In this document: piece by piece, positions 25,718 to 34,185 of the stretch | Layout of the letters: the number at the start of each line of letters is the position of its first letter | Numbering within the stretch: position 1 is the first letter of the stretch | Source of the DNA: Eubacteriales bacterium | GTDB lineage: Bacteria; Bacillota; Clostridia; Oscillospirales; CAG-382 | Length of the DNA: 64,000 nucleotides | Direction: 5' to 3' | Assembly (NCBI GenBank): GCA_045532035.1 | Contig: JAZSFD010000050.1 | Coordinates: forward strand, 6,751-70,750 | Translations under genes and position numbers: made by a program | The notes under the pieces: model-generated | What the model was told of the DNA's origin: nothing | The model's input: only the letters and a program-made list of their open reading frames with translations | Database searches by the model: none

Positions 25718-26424
25718 CAGCCGACAAAAATGCGGTGTGCGAAAAAATCCGACAACAGCTTTTTTCGATGCGGGATGAAAAATATCGCAGCTTTCACTCG
25801 CACCTCATTCCGACTGTGGAAAAAGAACTTGTTATCGGAGTGCGCACTCCCAAGCTGCGCGCTTTTGCAAAAAGTCTTTCGGGCACCGATGACAGAACCC
25901 TTTTTGTGGAGGCTCTTCCTCACAAGTATTATGACGAAAACAATCTCCATGCTTTTTTCATCGAACAGGAAAAGGAAGTTTCAAAATGTATTTCTCTGAT
26001 AGATGAGTTTCTCCCCTTTGTCGACAACTGGGCAACCTGCGATATGATGAATCCGAAAGCCTTGAAAAAAGACAAAGCCCTGCTTCTTGAAAAAATCAAA
26101 GAATGGCTTGCATCAGACAGAACTTATACGATAAGATACGGCATAAGAATGCTGATGGCACATTTTCTCGATAAAGATTTTTCCGAGGAACATCTTTCTC
26201 TTACAGCAGCGGTTGTCTCCGAGGAATACTATGTAAACATGGCAGTAGCGTGGTTTTTTGCCACAGCGCTCACAAAGCAGTATGCTTGCGCAGTAAGGTA
26301 CATCGAAGAAAAGAAGCTTTCCCCTTTTTGCCACAACAAGGCAATATCAAAGGCGTGCGACAGCTTTTGTGTAAGCGTTGAACGAAAAGCTTATCTTAAA
26401 ACCTTAAAAATTTCGGAAAAATAG
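25714..26424 (+). CDS. DNA alkylation repair protein (AlkD-like HEAT repeat family)
   Basis: 236 aa. Reads DEKYRSFHSHLIPT...IGVRTPKLRAFAK...FVDNWATCDMM...IRYGIRMLM. It has a 4-nt overlap with the upstream gene. Confidence 0.85.
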   Translation: MTADKNAVCEKIRQQLFSMRDEKYRSFHSHLIPTVEKELVIGVRTPKLRAFAKSLSGTDDRTLFVEALPHKYYDENNLHAFFIEQEKEVSKCISLIDEFLPFVDNWATCDMMNPKALKKDKALLLEKIKEWLASDRTYTIRYGIRMLMAHFLDKDFSEEHLSLTAAVVSEEYYVNMAVAWFFATALTKQYACAVRYIEEKKLSPFCHNKAISKACDSFCVSVERKAYLKTLKISEK

Positions 26425-26507
26425 TTTTTTGTGCGAAAAATTGCAAAAATAGGTGTTTTACGGTATACAGAAGCTTTCTGAATAAAACACAAAAAGGAGA
26501 CATTATT

Positions 26508-27077
26508 ATGTTTAACCATCCCGGCAGAAGCCTTAAAACCTTTGCAACTTCTCTGTTTTGGATTATTTCGATCACTTTCTCAGGTTTTTGGTTGTATAAC
26601 TATGTAGACAAGCTTCGGTTATATTGGGACTATCTTGAAGATGCTCCGACCGAATTTGTTCTTGAAGTCATTTTTTCACCCATTCTTGTATATGCCTTCA
26701 CAATTCTTCTCATGGTGCTTTGCGCTCTTTTGTTATGCAGCATCGGCGAAGCGGCAAACAAGTCTGCGGAAAATGCATACTATGCCCGCATGATACTTGA
26801 AAAAATGAATGATTCCGAAAAATCACCGAAATATATCCCTGATGTAATTGCAAATTCTGTTTCTGAGCAATCATCTGCGCAGGTTCCCGAGACCCCCGTC
26901 GAGCCCAAGCCTGAGCCCAAGCCTGAGCCCGAACCGGAACCCTCCGACGATTTCGAAAAGGCTCAGCCCGACACCCCTGAAAACACTCACGGGGCATCCG
27001 CAAAATTCTGCATCATCTGCGGAAAAAAGGTTCCCTCCGTCGCTGCTTTCTGCCCTGATTGCGGAAACAAATTCTGA
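26508..27077 (+). CDS. Membrane protein with a PEPK-repeat linker and a C-terminal zinc ribbon
   Basis: 189 aa. Two TM helices are followed by PVEPKPEPKPEPEPEP and then CIICGKKVPSVAAFCPDCGNKF. An AGGAGA RBS is present. Confidence 0.7.
   Translation: MFNHPGRSLKTFATSLFWIISITFSGFWLYNYVDKLRLYWDYLEDAPTEFVLEVIFSPILVYAFTILLMVLCALLLCSIGEAANKSAENAYYARMILEKMNDSEKSPKYIPDVIANSVSEQSSAQVPETPVEPKPEPKPEPEPEPSDDFEKAQPDTPENTHGASAKFCIICGKKVPSVAAFCPDCGNKF
26901..26943 (+). repeat. In-frame 12-nt tandem repeat encoding (E/K)P repeats
   Basis: Read directly as gagcccaagcct gagcccaagcct gagcccgaaccg gaaccc. Confidence 0.85.
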
Positions 27078-27133
27078 TTTATTCCAAACACTCGACATTC
27101 TTTGATGTGTCTGTAACTTTTTGGAATAAAAAT

Positions 27134-27177
27134 TCCTCCTATGATATTTCCATTATATCATAGGAGGATGTTTTTTT
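27134..27177 (+). terminator. Rho-independent terminator
   Basis: A 14-bp stem tcctcctatgatat/atatcataggagga with a 7-nt loop is followed by TGTTTTTTT. Confidence 0.85.
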
Positions 27178-27192
27178 GATTTCAGCTCTTTA

Positions 27193-28464
27193 TCAGACTC
27201 CGTATACCAACCAGATATAAATATAGGCAGGCACAATAGCGCCGAGAGTAAAGGGGATTCCGATTTTGAAGAAGTCACCGTTTTTAACCTCAAAGCCTGC
27301 CTTGCGCAGGATTCCGATACCCGTAATATTGGCAGAGGCACCAATGGGAGTGCAGTTTCCGCCAAGCGTTGCGCCCGAGAGAAGTCCGAAATAAAGGGGG
27401 GTTGCATCGATATTGAGGGTTGCCGCAAGACTTGCGATAACAGGTATCATTGTGGCAACATATGGGATATTGTCGATAAATGCCGAAATAACGACCGAGC
27501 CCCAGACGATAATGGTATAGAGCAGGAAAACATTTCCGCCGCCCGCCTTTGCAAGAAGTGCGCCCGCAGCATCAATAACACCTGCTTCGGTGATTCCGCC
27601 TATCATAAGGAAGAGTCCCACAAGAATACCGATAGTGGTGAAATCGATCCCCTTAAGAGGTGCCGTTATTGACGAAAGCTTTTTTGTTTTGATAAAGGTG
27701 TATACAAGACCGACAACAAGCAAAGCACAGCAGATAAGGCCATTAGTCTCATCAGGCTTTTCGGGAATAAACGACACTCCGATAAGAAGCACCAACATCA
27801 AAAGCAAAAGGGCTGTCGGCACAAAATCGGTGACCTTTGTTCTTTCGGCAGCTTTCGGTATGGAGTTTGTTTCCTTTTTGAAAATGAACAGGAGAATGAT
27901 TGCCGAAACAACAGCTCCCAGCTCGACCGCGAAGAATATACTCGGTTTTCCAAGATACAGGAAGAAATCAAGAAAGCTCAGATCAAGGGCAGAACCAAGC
28001 ATGATGGCGGTGGTATCACCCACAAGGGTTGCCGCTCCCTGGAGATTTGACGAAACGGCGATAGAGATAATAAACGGAACAGGGTTTATTTCAAGCTTTT
28101 TGCAGATGGCAAGTGCCACGGGTGCTACCATAAGCACTGTCGCCACATTATCAACAAATGCGGAAATCACTCCTGCAAAAAGCGAAAGCGACACCGCCGC
28201 CCATTTGATATTCGGAACCTTTTCCATGATAAGATCGGCAAGGAATGCGGGCATTTTGCTTTCGGTGAAAAGCGAAACAAGCCCCATGGTTCCCGCTATC
28301 ATAAGTATCACATTGAAATCGAGCGAGCCAATAATCTTGTCAAGCGGAAGAATGCCCGAAGCAACAAAGAGCACTCCCGACGCAAGTGCGATATAAGGTC
28401 TGAATTTTCCAAACACAAGCATTAAAACATAGGTTATCGCAAAAATCACAATGGCAGGTATCAT
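27193..28464 (-). CDS. ArsB/NhaD superfamily anion permease (CitMHS-like)
   Basis: 423 aa and polytopic. Reads NVILMIAGTMGLV...AFVDNVATVLMVAPV...SSNLQGAATLVGDTTAIML. Confidence 0.85.
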   Translation of the reverse strand: MIPAIVIFAITYVLMLVFGKFRPYIALASGVLFVASGILPLDKIIGSLDFNVILMIAGTMGLVSLFTESKMPAFLADLIMEKVPNIKWAAVSLSLFAGVISAFVDNVATVLMVAPVALAICKKLEINPVPFIISIAVSSNLQGAATLVGDTTAIMLGSALDLSFLDFFLYLGKPSIFFAVELGAVVSAIILLFIFKKETNSIPKAAERTKVTDFVPTALLLLMLVLLIGVSFIPEKPDETNGLICCALLVVGLVYTFIKTKKLSSITAPLKGIDFTTIGILVGLFLMIGGITEAGVIDAAGALLAKAGGGNVFLLYTIIVWGSVVISAFIDNIPYVATMIPVIASLAATLNIDATPLYFGLLSGATLGGNCTPIGASANITGIGILRKAGFEVKNGDFFKIGIPFTLGAIVPAYIYIWLVYGV

Positions 28465-28498
28465 TGGTTCCCCTTTTTTGAAAAATTATGATATATTT

Positions 28499-28527
28499 AT
28501 TATACAATCACAATAAATATATGTCAA
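28499..28527 (-). promoter_or_regulatory. Consensus sigma-A promoter of the permease gene
   Basis: On the minus strand: TTGACA (28527-28522), a 17-nt spacer, then TATAAT (28504-28499). Confidence 0.7.
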
Positions 28528-28607
28528 GCAAAATAAAATATCGGTTTTCTGCGAAAAAATTTCATCAAATCCGTTATACTTTTCAAAAGAGATTTTTGTC
28601 TTCGATG

Positions 28608-28636
28608 TTGACAAAATATGTAAACCGATGTATAAT
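28608..28636 (+). promoter_or_regulatory. Consensus sigma-A promoter of the triple zinc-ribbon gene
   Basis: TTGACA (28608-28613), a 17-nt spacer, then TATAAT (28631-28636). It shows that the track ORF start at 28628 is false. Confidence 0.7.
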
Positions 28637-28696
28637 GTATATGCACAAATAAATACGCACAAAGTCGCGTATTTTTACCAAAAGGAGGATATGAAA

Positions 28697-29371
28697 ATGG
28701 GATTTTTTGACGGTCTCGAACAGAAGATGAAAAATGCTTCCGAAGCATCAAACCTCAACGGACAAATCCGCGAAAACGAAAAGCTTATCGAAAAGCATTA
28801 TTACGATCTCGGCAAGCTTTACTTTGAAAAACACGGAAGCTCTCCTTCCGCGGAAACCGAGGAAGTCTGCAAAGCGATCGCTTCATGTCTTGAAAAGATC
28901 GATAGCCTGAAAAAAGAACTTGTCATCGTCAAGGGTCTCAAGCTTTGTCCCTCCTGCGGTGCCGAATGCCCTGTTGATGTTCCTTTTTGCAGTGCCTGCG
29001 GTACCAAGCTTCCCATGCCCGAGCCTGAAGTGCACAAAGAAGCGCAGTCAGTCGCCTTTTGCGGAAAATGCGGCAACAAGCTTACTTCAGATGCGGCTTT
29101 CTGCCCCTCCTGCGGAACACCTGTAACACAGACAGCACCGGCACCCGAAGCGGTTGAAGAGTCTGCGATCGAAGAGCCTGACATCAAGCTCCCCGAGGTA
29201 GAAGAGCCCGATATCAAGCTCCCCAAGGTAGAAGAACCTGTGGTTGAAGAACCTGTGGTTGAAGAGCCTGCTGAGGAGCCTGTTCCCGAGGGAATGAAAA
29301 AATGTGCCTCCTGCGGAGCATTTGTGGTGGAAAAGGCAATCTTCTGCGGCAACTGCGGCTTGAAATTCTGA
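28697..29371 (+). CDS. Soluble protein with three zinc ribbons and an acidic repeat linker
   Basis: The start at 28697 (or 28691) follows AAGGAGG. The zinc ribbons are CPSCGAECPVDVPFCSACG, FCGKCGNKLTSDAAFCPSCG and CASCGAFVVEKAIFCGNCG. Confidence 0.75.
   Translation: MGFFDGLEQKMKNASEASNLNGQIRENEKLIEKHYYDLGKLYFEKHGSSPSAETEEVCKAIASCLEKIDSLKKELVIVKGLKLCPSCGAECPVDVPFCSACGTKLPMPEPEVHKEAQSVAFCGKCGNKLTSDAAFCPSCGTPVTQTAPAPEAVEESAIEEPDIKLPEVEEPDIKLPKVEEPVVEEPVVEEPAEEPVPEGMKKCASCGAFVVEKAIFCGNCGLKF
29171..29275 (+). repeat. In-frame tandem repeats (2 x 30 nt, then 2-3 x 15 nt) encoding EEPDIKLP(E/K)V and EEPVV units
   Basis: gaagagcctgacatcaagctccccgaggta and gaagagcccgatatcaagctccccaaggta match at 27/30. 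gaagaacctgtggtt occurs twice exactly. Confidence 0.9.
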
Positions 29372-29478
29372 TCTGTATCTACAGCTCAAACAAAAACATT
29401 TTTCGGACATATCCGCTGACAGCGAAATCTTTTGCAAGCAAAGCGGTTTGTTAATATATTTTATAAGGAGAATTTATT

Positions 29479-30051
29479 ATGTTCTGTAACAAATGTGGCA
29501 ATCAGCTTGATGATAACGCTGTATTCTGCGCAAAGTGCGGCAACCGCGTTGACGGCGGTGCTCCCGCTCCCAAGTCTGCTCGCCCTGTAAAGGTATCCAA
29601 GCCCGTATCGGCGGCAACCCTCGGATATCTCCGTATATCCTCGTTTGCTCTCTTCGTTCTCGGTCTTATTCTCTGGTTCGGCGGAGCTCCTATTTCGTTT
29701 AGCTACATGGGCGTAGCGACTGCAATGCCCGGTCTTCTCACCCAGTGCGACGGCACCTTCTGCACAGTTCTTGCAGTTATCTTTTACAGCCTCGGCATCG
29801 TTGCTTCTGTTCTTCCTTTCCTTGGCGGAATCATCGGCAATTATCTTCCCGAAAATGTAAAAGACCTTCTTTGCAAAAAGACCTATGTTCAGCTGCTCTG
29901 CGCTTTCGTTGCATTTGTTTTCTACATCGTAGCGTTCAGCATCATCCTTTCCAAGGGCGGATGTGGCATCACATTCTACTGCATTTTCAGCCTTCTTCTT
30001 CAGATCGCACACATGGGAATGCTTTATTACATCAACACAAAAATCAACTGA
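29479..30051 (+). CDS. N-terminal zinc-ribbon, multi-TM membrane protein (paralogue 1)
   Basis: 190 aa. MFCNKCGNQLDDNAVFCAKCGNRV is followed by about 4 TM helices. An AAGGAG RBS is present. Confidence 0.75.
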   Translation: MFCNKCGNQLDDNAVFCAKCGNRVDGGAPAPKSARPVKVSKPVSAATLGYLRISSFALFVLGLILWFGGAPISFSYMGVATAMPGLLTQCDGTFCTVLAVIFYSLGIVASVLPFLGGIIGNYLPENVKDLLCKKTYVQLLCAFVAFVFYIVAFSIILSKGGCGITFYCIFSLLLQIAHMGMLYYINTKIN

Positions 30052-30079
30052 TCCAACTACTTACTAAGGAGACTATATT

Positions 30080-30661
30080 ATGTTTTGCAAAAAATGCGGA
30101 AATCAGATTGCCGACACTGCGGCCTTCTGCAACAAATGCGGTGCTCCCGTAGACAGCACAGTTTCTGCTGCTCCCGCCGCAGCTCCTGTTGCAAATTTCA
30201 ACCTCAAGGCTCTTATCCTCAAGGGTGTTTCTGCACTCTTCTTCCTGCTCACTCTTATCTTCTATTCCGGCAACACAATTTCGGTATCGTATTGGGGTCA
30301 GTCCCAGTCCGGTCCTATGGCACAGGTACTTGAAGGTGCTGAAGGCGGATTCATCAATGTTATTGCAACTATTCTTTATATTATTTCACTCGTCCTTTCC
30401 ATCCTTGCCCTCGCAATGCCCTTCATAAAAAGCTTTGTTCCTGAAGCAGTATCGAAGCTTTTCGGCAAAAAGGTCGTTTTTCTCATGATCCTCACGATCC
30501 TTTCGCTTGTTGTTTATCTTATCGGTTTCTTGGCTTGCCTCGGTCTCGGAAGCGGCATGAATGTCAGCTTCTCCGGTCTTGGAGCTTTCAACCTTATTCT
30601 TCATATTGCACAGATAGTTCTCCTTGTTCTTATCTCCAAGGAAAACAAAAAGAGCAAATAA
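30080..30661 (+). CDS. N-terminal zinc-ribbon, multi-TM membrane protein (paralogue 2)
   Basis: 193 aa. MFCKKCGNQIADTAAFCNKCGAPV is followed by about 4 TM helices. The architecture matches the preceding gene. Confidence 0.75.
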   Translation: MFCKKCGNQIADTAAFCNKCGAPVDSTVSAAPAAAPVANFNLKALILKGVSALFFLLTLIFYSGNTISVSYWGQSQSGPMAQVLEGAEGGFINVIATILYIISLVLSILALAMPFIKSFVPEAVSKLFGKKVVFLMILTILSLVVYLIGFLACLGLGSGMNVSFSGLGAFNLILHIAQIVLLVLISKENKKSK

Positions 30662-30680
30662 GATTTGATTAAAATGATAA

Positions 30681-30711
30681 AACCACTCGCCTTATTGCGA
30701 GTGGTTTTTTG
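30681..30711 (+). terminator. Rho-independent terminator
   Basis: A 10-bp stem aaccactcgc/gcgagtggtt is followed by a T-run. Confidence 0.85.
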
Positions 30712-30874
30712 TTGCCATTATGCGCCTTTTTGTCATTTGATGTTGATCTTTAGAACATTACAATATATCTTCAATTTCAAAAAACCATAATTCTTTTGCA
30801 ATAGCTTACAGCCCATCTGCTTTCACCAGCTTATATCTGTTTATCGGCAACATTGCCAATTGCAATTCTGCACA

Positions 30875-30912
30875 TAAAAAACGACCTTGCACAATTTCTT
30901 CTGCAAGGTCGT
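30875..30912 (-). terminator. Rho-independent terminator of ppdK
   Basis: An 11-bp stem acgaccttgca/tgcaaggtcgt is followed on the minus strand by TTTTTT (30880-30875). Confidence 0.8.
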
Positions 30913-30978
30913 AATTTTATTTTGTTAAAACTTTTGTGTTATAAGGCTGTGCCTTTCACACACAAAGCCGAACTGTGA

Positions 30979-33603
30979 TTAGTCCTTGAGAGCTGCCTGA
31001 GCCGCTGCGAGTCTTGCGATCGGAACACGGAAAGGCGAGCAGGAAACATAATCAAGACCGATGCTGTGGCAGAATTCTACCGATGTGGGGTCACCACCGT
31101 GTTCGCCGCAGATACCAACATGGAGATCCTTGTTAGCAGGTCTGCCGAGTGCGAGAGCTGTCTTCATGAGACCGCCGACACCAACCTGGTCAAGCTTAGC
31201 GAAGGGATCGTTTTCGAAGATCTTTGTATCATAGTAAGCGTTGAGGAACTTACCTGCGTCATCTCTCGAGAAGCCGTATGTCATCTGTGTAAGGTCGTTT
31301 GTACCGAAGCAGAAGAAGTCAGCTTCCTTTGCGATAGCGTCAGCAGTTACACAAGCTCTGGGGATTTCGATCATTGTACCAACTTCGTAGTCAAGCTTAA
31401 CGCCGGCAGCAGCGATTTCAGCATCAGCTGTTGCAACAACGACATCCTTAACAAACTTGAGTTCCTTGATTTCGCCAACAAGGGGAATCATGATCTCAGG
31501 CTTAACTGTCCAGTCAGAATGCTTCTTCTGAATGTTGATAGCAGCACGGATAACAGCTGCAGTCTGCATCTTTGCGATTTCAGGATATGTTACCGCAAGA
31601 CGGCATCCTCTGTGACCCATCATGGGGTTGAATTCGTGGAGAGAAGCGATGAGAGCCTTGATGTCTTCAACAGTCTTGCCCTGTGCATCAGCAAGAGCCT
31701 TGATGTCAGCTTCTTCTGTGGGAACGAACTCGTGGAGAGGAGGATCGAGGAAACGGATGCAAACGGGTGTACCTTCGAGAGCTTCATAAAGAGCTTCGAA
31801 GTCGTTCTGCTGATAAGGAAGGATCTTTGCAAGTGCGGCTTCTCTTGCTTCAACAGTGTCGGAGCAGATCATTTCGCGGAATGCAGCGATTCTTTCAGCT
31901 TCAAAGAACATATGCTCTGTACGGCAGAGACCGATACCTTCAGCACCGAGCTCTCTTGCCTTCTTAGCATCAGCGGGAGTGTCGGCATTTGTTCTTACCT
32001 TGAGCTTTCTGTACTTGTCAGCCCAAGCCATGATTCTGCCGAATTCGCCTGCGATTGTAGCATCAACTGTGGGGATAAGTCCGTCGTAGATGTTACCTGT
32101 TGTACCGTCGATGGAGATGCAATCGCCTTCAACGAAGGTCTTGCCTGCAAGAGTGAACTTCTTGTTTTCTTCGTCCATCTTGATTTCGCCGCAGCCGGAT
32201 ACACAGCAAGTACCCATACCACGAGCAACAACGGCTGCGTGAGAAGTCATACCGCCGCGTACTGTAAGGATACCCTGAGCAGCCTTCATACCGGTGATAT
32301 CTTCGGGAGAAGTTTCAAGACGAACAAGAACTACCTTTTCGCCCTTTTCCTTCCAAGCAACTGCGTCATCAGCAGTAAATACGATCTTACCGCAAGCAGC
32401 TCCGGGAGAAGCGCCGAGGCCCTTGCCCATGGGAGTTGCAGCCTTGAGAGCCTTTGCATCAAACTGAGGATGGAGAAGGGTGTCAAGGTTTCTGGGGTCA
32501 ATCATAAGAACAGCTTCCTGTTCTGTTCTCATGCCCTCGTCAACGAGGTCACAAGCGATCTTAAGAGCAGCCTGAGCTGTTCTCTTACCGTTACGGGTCT
32601 GGAGCATGAAGAGCTTGCCGTGTTCAACGGTAAATTCCATGTCCTGCATATCTCTGTAGTGATCTTCGAGTGTCTTGCAAACAGTCTGGAACTGAGCAAA
32701 AGCTTCGGGGAACTTTTCTTCCATCTGAGCGATGGGCATGGGAGTACGAACGCCTGCAACGACGTCTTCACCCTGTGCATTTGTGAGGAATTCACCCATG
32801 AGCTTCTTTTCACCGGTTGCGGGGTCACGTGTGAACGCAACACCTGTACCACAGTCGTCGCCCATGTTACCGAATGCCATCATCTGTACGTTAACAGCGG
32901 TACCCCAGGAGTAAGGGATATCGTTGTCGCGGCGGTAAACGTTTGCTCTGGGGTTGTCCCAGGAACGGAATACTGCCTTGATAGCGCCCATAAGCTGTTC
33001 CTTAGGATCGGAGGGGAAATCTTCGCCGATCTTGGACTTGTATTCAGCCTTAAACTGATTTGCGAGCTCCTTGAGGTCGTCAGCTGTAAGCTCAACGTCC
33101 TGAGTAACGCCCTTTTCTTCCTTCATCTTGTCGATGAGTTCTTCGAAGTACTTCTTTCCGACTTCCATAACAACGTCGGAGTACATCTGGATAAATCTTC
33201 TGTAGCAGTCCCAAGCCCATCTGGGGTTGTTGGAGCTCTTTGCCATATATTCAACAACTTCTTCGTTGATACCGAGGTTGAGGATGGTGTCCATCATACC
33301 GGGCATCGAAGCGCGCGGACCGGAACGAACCGATACAAGAAGGGGATTTTCCTTATCGCCGAACTTCTTGCCGCAAACAGCTTCCATCTTTGCAATGTAT
33401 TCATTGATTTCAGCCTGGATTTCGGGGTTGATCTGGCGTCCGTCTTCATAGTACTTTGTACAAGCTTCTGTAGAAACTGTGAAGCCCTGAGGAACGGGGA
33501 GACCGATCTTTGTCATTTCAGCAAGGTTAGCGCCCTTACCGCCGAGGAGTTCACGCATGTCTGCGTTGCCCTCAGAAAAGAGATACACATACTTTTTGCT
33601 CAT
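30979..33603 (-). CDS. ppdK: Pyruvate, phosphate dikinase
   Basis: 874 aa from MSKKYVYLFSEGNADMRELLGGKGANLAEM, with GGAGG 8 nt upstream. The phospho-His region reads GGMTSHAAVVARGMG and the PEP-utilising C-terminus reads RTEHMF. The 10-aa extension in the track is not supported. Confidence 0.97.
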   Translation of the reverse strand: MSKKYVYLFSEGNADMRELLGGKGANLAEMTKIGLPVPQGFTVSTEACTKYYEDGRQINPEIQAEINEYIAKMEAVCGKKFGDKENPLLVSVRSGPRASMPGMMDTILNLGINEEVVEYMAKSSNNPRWAWDCYRRFIQMYSDVVMEVGKKYFEELIDKMKEEKGVTQDVELTADDLKELANQFKAEYKSKIGEDFPSDPKEQLMGAIKAVFRSWDNPRANVYRRDNDIPYSWGTAVNVQMMAFGNMGDDCGTGVAFTRDPATGEKKLMGEFLTNAQGEDVVAGVRTPMPIAQMEEKFPEAFAQFQTVCKTLEDHYRDMQDMEFTVEHGKLFMLQTRNGKRTAQAALKIACDLVDEGMRTEQEAVLMIDPRNLDTLLHPQFDAKALKAATPMGKGLGASPGAACGKIVFTADDAVAWKEKGEKVVLVRLETSPEDITGMKAAQGILTVRGGMTSHAAVVARGMGTCCVSGCGEIKMDEENKKFTLAGKTFVEGDCISIDGTTGNIYDGLIPTVDATIAGEFGRIMAWADKYRKLKVRTNADTPADAKKARELGAEGIGLCRTEHMFFEAERIAAFREMICSDTVEAREAALAKILPYQQNDFEALYEALEGTPVCIRFLDPPLHEFVPTEEADIKALADAQGKTVEDIKALIASLHEFNPMMGHRGCRLAVTYPEIAKMQTAAVIRAAINIQKKHSDWTVKPEIMIPLVGEIKELKFVKDVVVATADAEIAAAGVKLDYEVGTMIEIPRACVTADAIAKEADFFCFGTNDLTQMTYGFSRDDAGKFLNAYYDTKIFENDPFAKLDQVGVGGLMKTALALGRPANKDLHVGICGEHGGDPTSVEFCHSIGLDYVSCSPFRVPIARLAAAQAALKD

Positions 33604-34068
33604 GTATTTTTTCCTCCGTTTTAATATTTGCATAATTTCGCAACAATTATTATATCACAAATATTTCCAATTTTCCATAGTATTTTGCGAATTTTCGGAT
33701 ATTTACACATTTTTTACAATCATTAACAAAAAAGAAGACATCTCTTTTGATGTTTTCCACAAAAAAGCTCCGCAAAAGCAAATTTTCACCCTCCTGCCGT
33801 CAGCTTTTTGCTTATTTTACTCGGAAAACGCCACATTGTTTTTGAAAAACATCCCCTGCCCCGTCATGAAAACCGCCAAGAGGAAACTTGAGCTTACAGA
33901 CAAGGTGTATTGTAATAAGCTGAAAAGGCTCATTGCTTGAGGAAGAAAGCGATACAACCGAGGCTGTCGAACTATCGACGCGGATAACATTAGTGAAACA
34001 GCCCCGTTTTTGTATTCCTCCCGCATAGCTTGCAAAAAATATTTATATACTATTATGGAACAAATCTG

Positions 34069-34097
34069 TTGCAAAAACTGTCAAAATATGATACAAT
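34069..34097 (+). promoter_or_regulatory. Sigma-A type promoter of the 34186 gene
   Basis: TTGCAA (34069-34074), a 17-nt spacer, then TACAAT (34092-34097), with an extended -10 TGA just before the hexamer. Confidence 0.6.
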
Positions 34098-34185
34098 ACC
34101 ACATATATAAGTTTTGCATGGCAAGCCTCGCTATCCGCTGTTTTGCGCGAGGGTTTATGTGATATAAAGCGGAAGGAGTAAAAAA

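Noticed and set aside
28628-28696. The triple zinc-ribbon ORF is annotated as starting at 28628.
   Set aside because: That codon lies inside the TTGACA-17-TATAAT promoter (28608-28636). AAGGAGG precedes the ATGs at 28691 and 28697.
31066-33624. An 852-aa plus-strand ORF spans almost all of the ppdK locus.
   Set aside because: It is antisense to an unmistakable pyruvate phosphate dikinase. Its translation is low-complexity (rich in Cys, Phe, Val and His) with no recognisable motif and no RBS. It is a shadow ORF that arises because the codon usage of the real gene avoids stop-codon complements.
33604-33633. Several track ORFs carry N-terminal extensions: ppdK here, and also rplM (37571-37600), the ABC ATPase (53108-53173), the SLH protein (55962-56018), the GldG-like gene (51434-51472), the lipoprotein (40429-40464), spmA (38317-38394), the TIGR01212 gene (43377-43415), ymdB (61573-61596) and the large helicase-like gene (16093-16134).
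   Set aside because: In each case an internal start has a proper Shine-Dalgarno sequence, matches the family N-terminus or signal peptide, and removes an overlap with the upstream gene or promoter.
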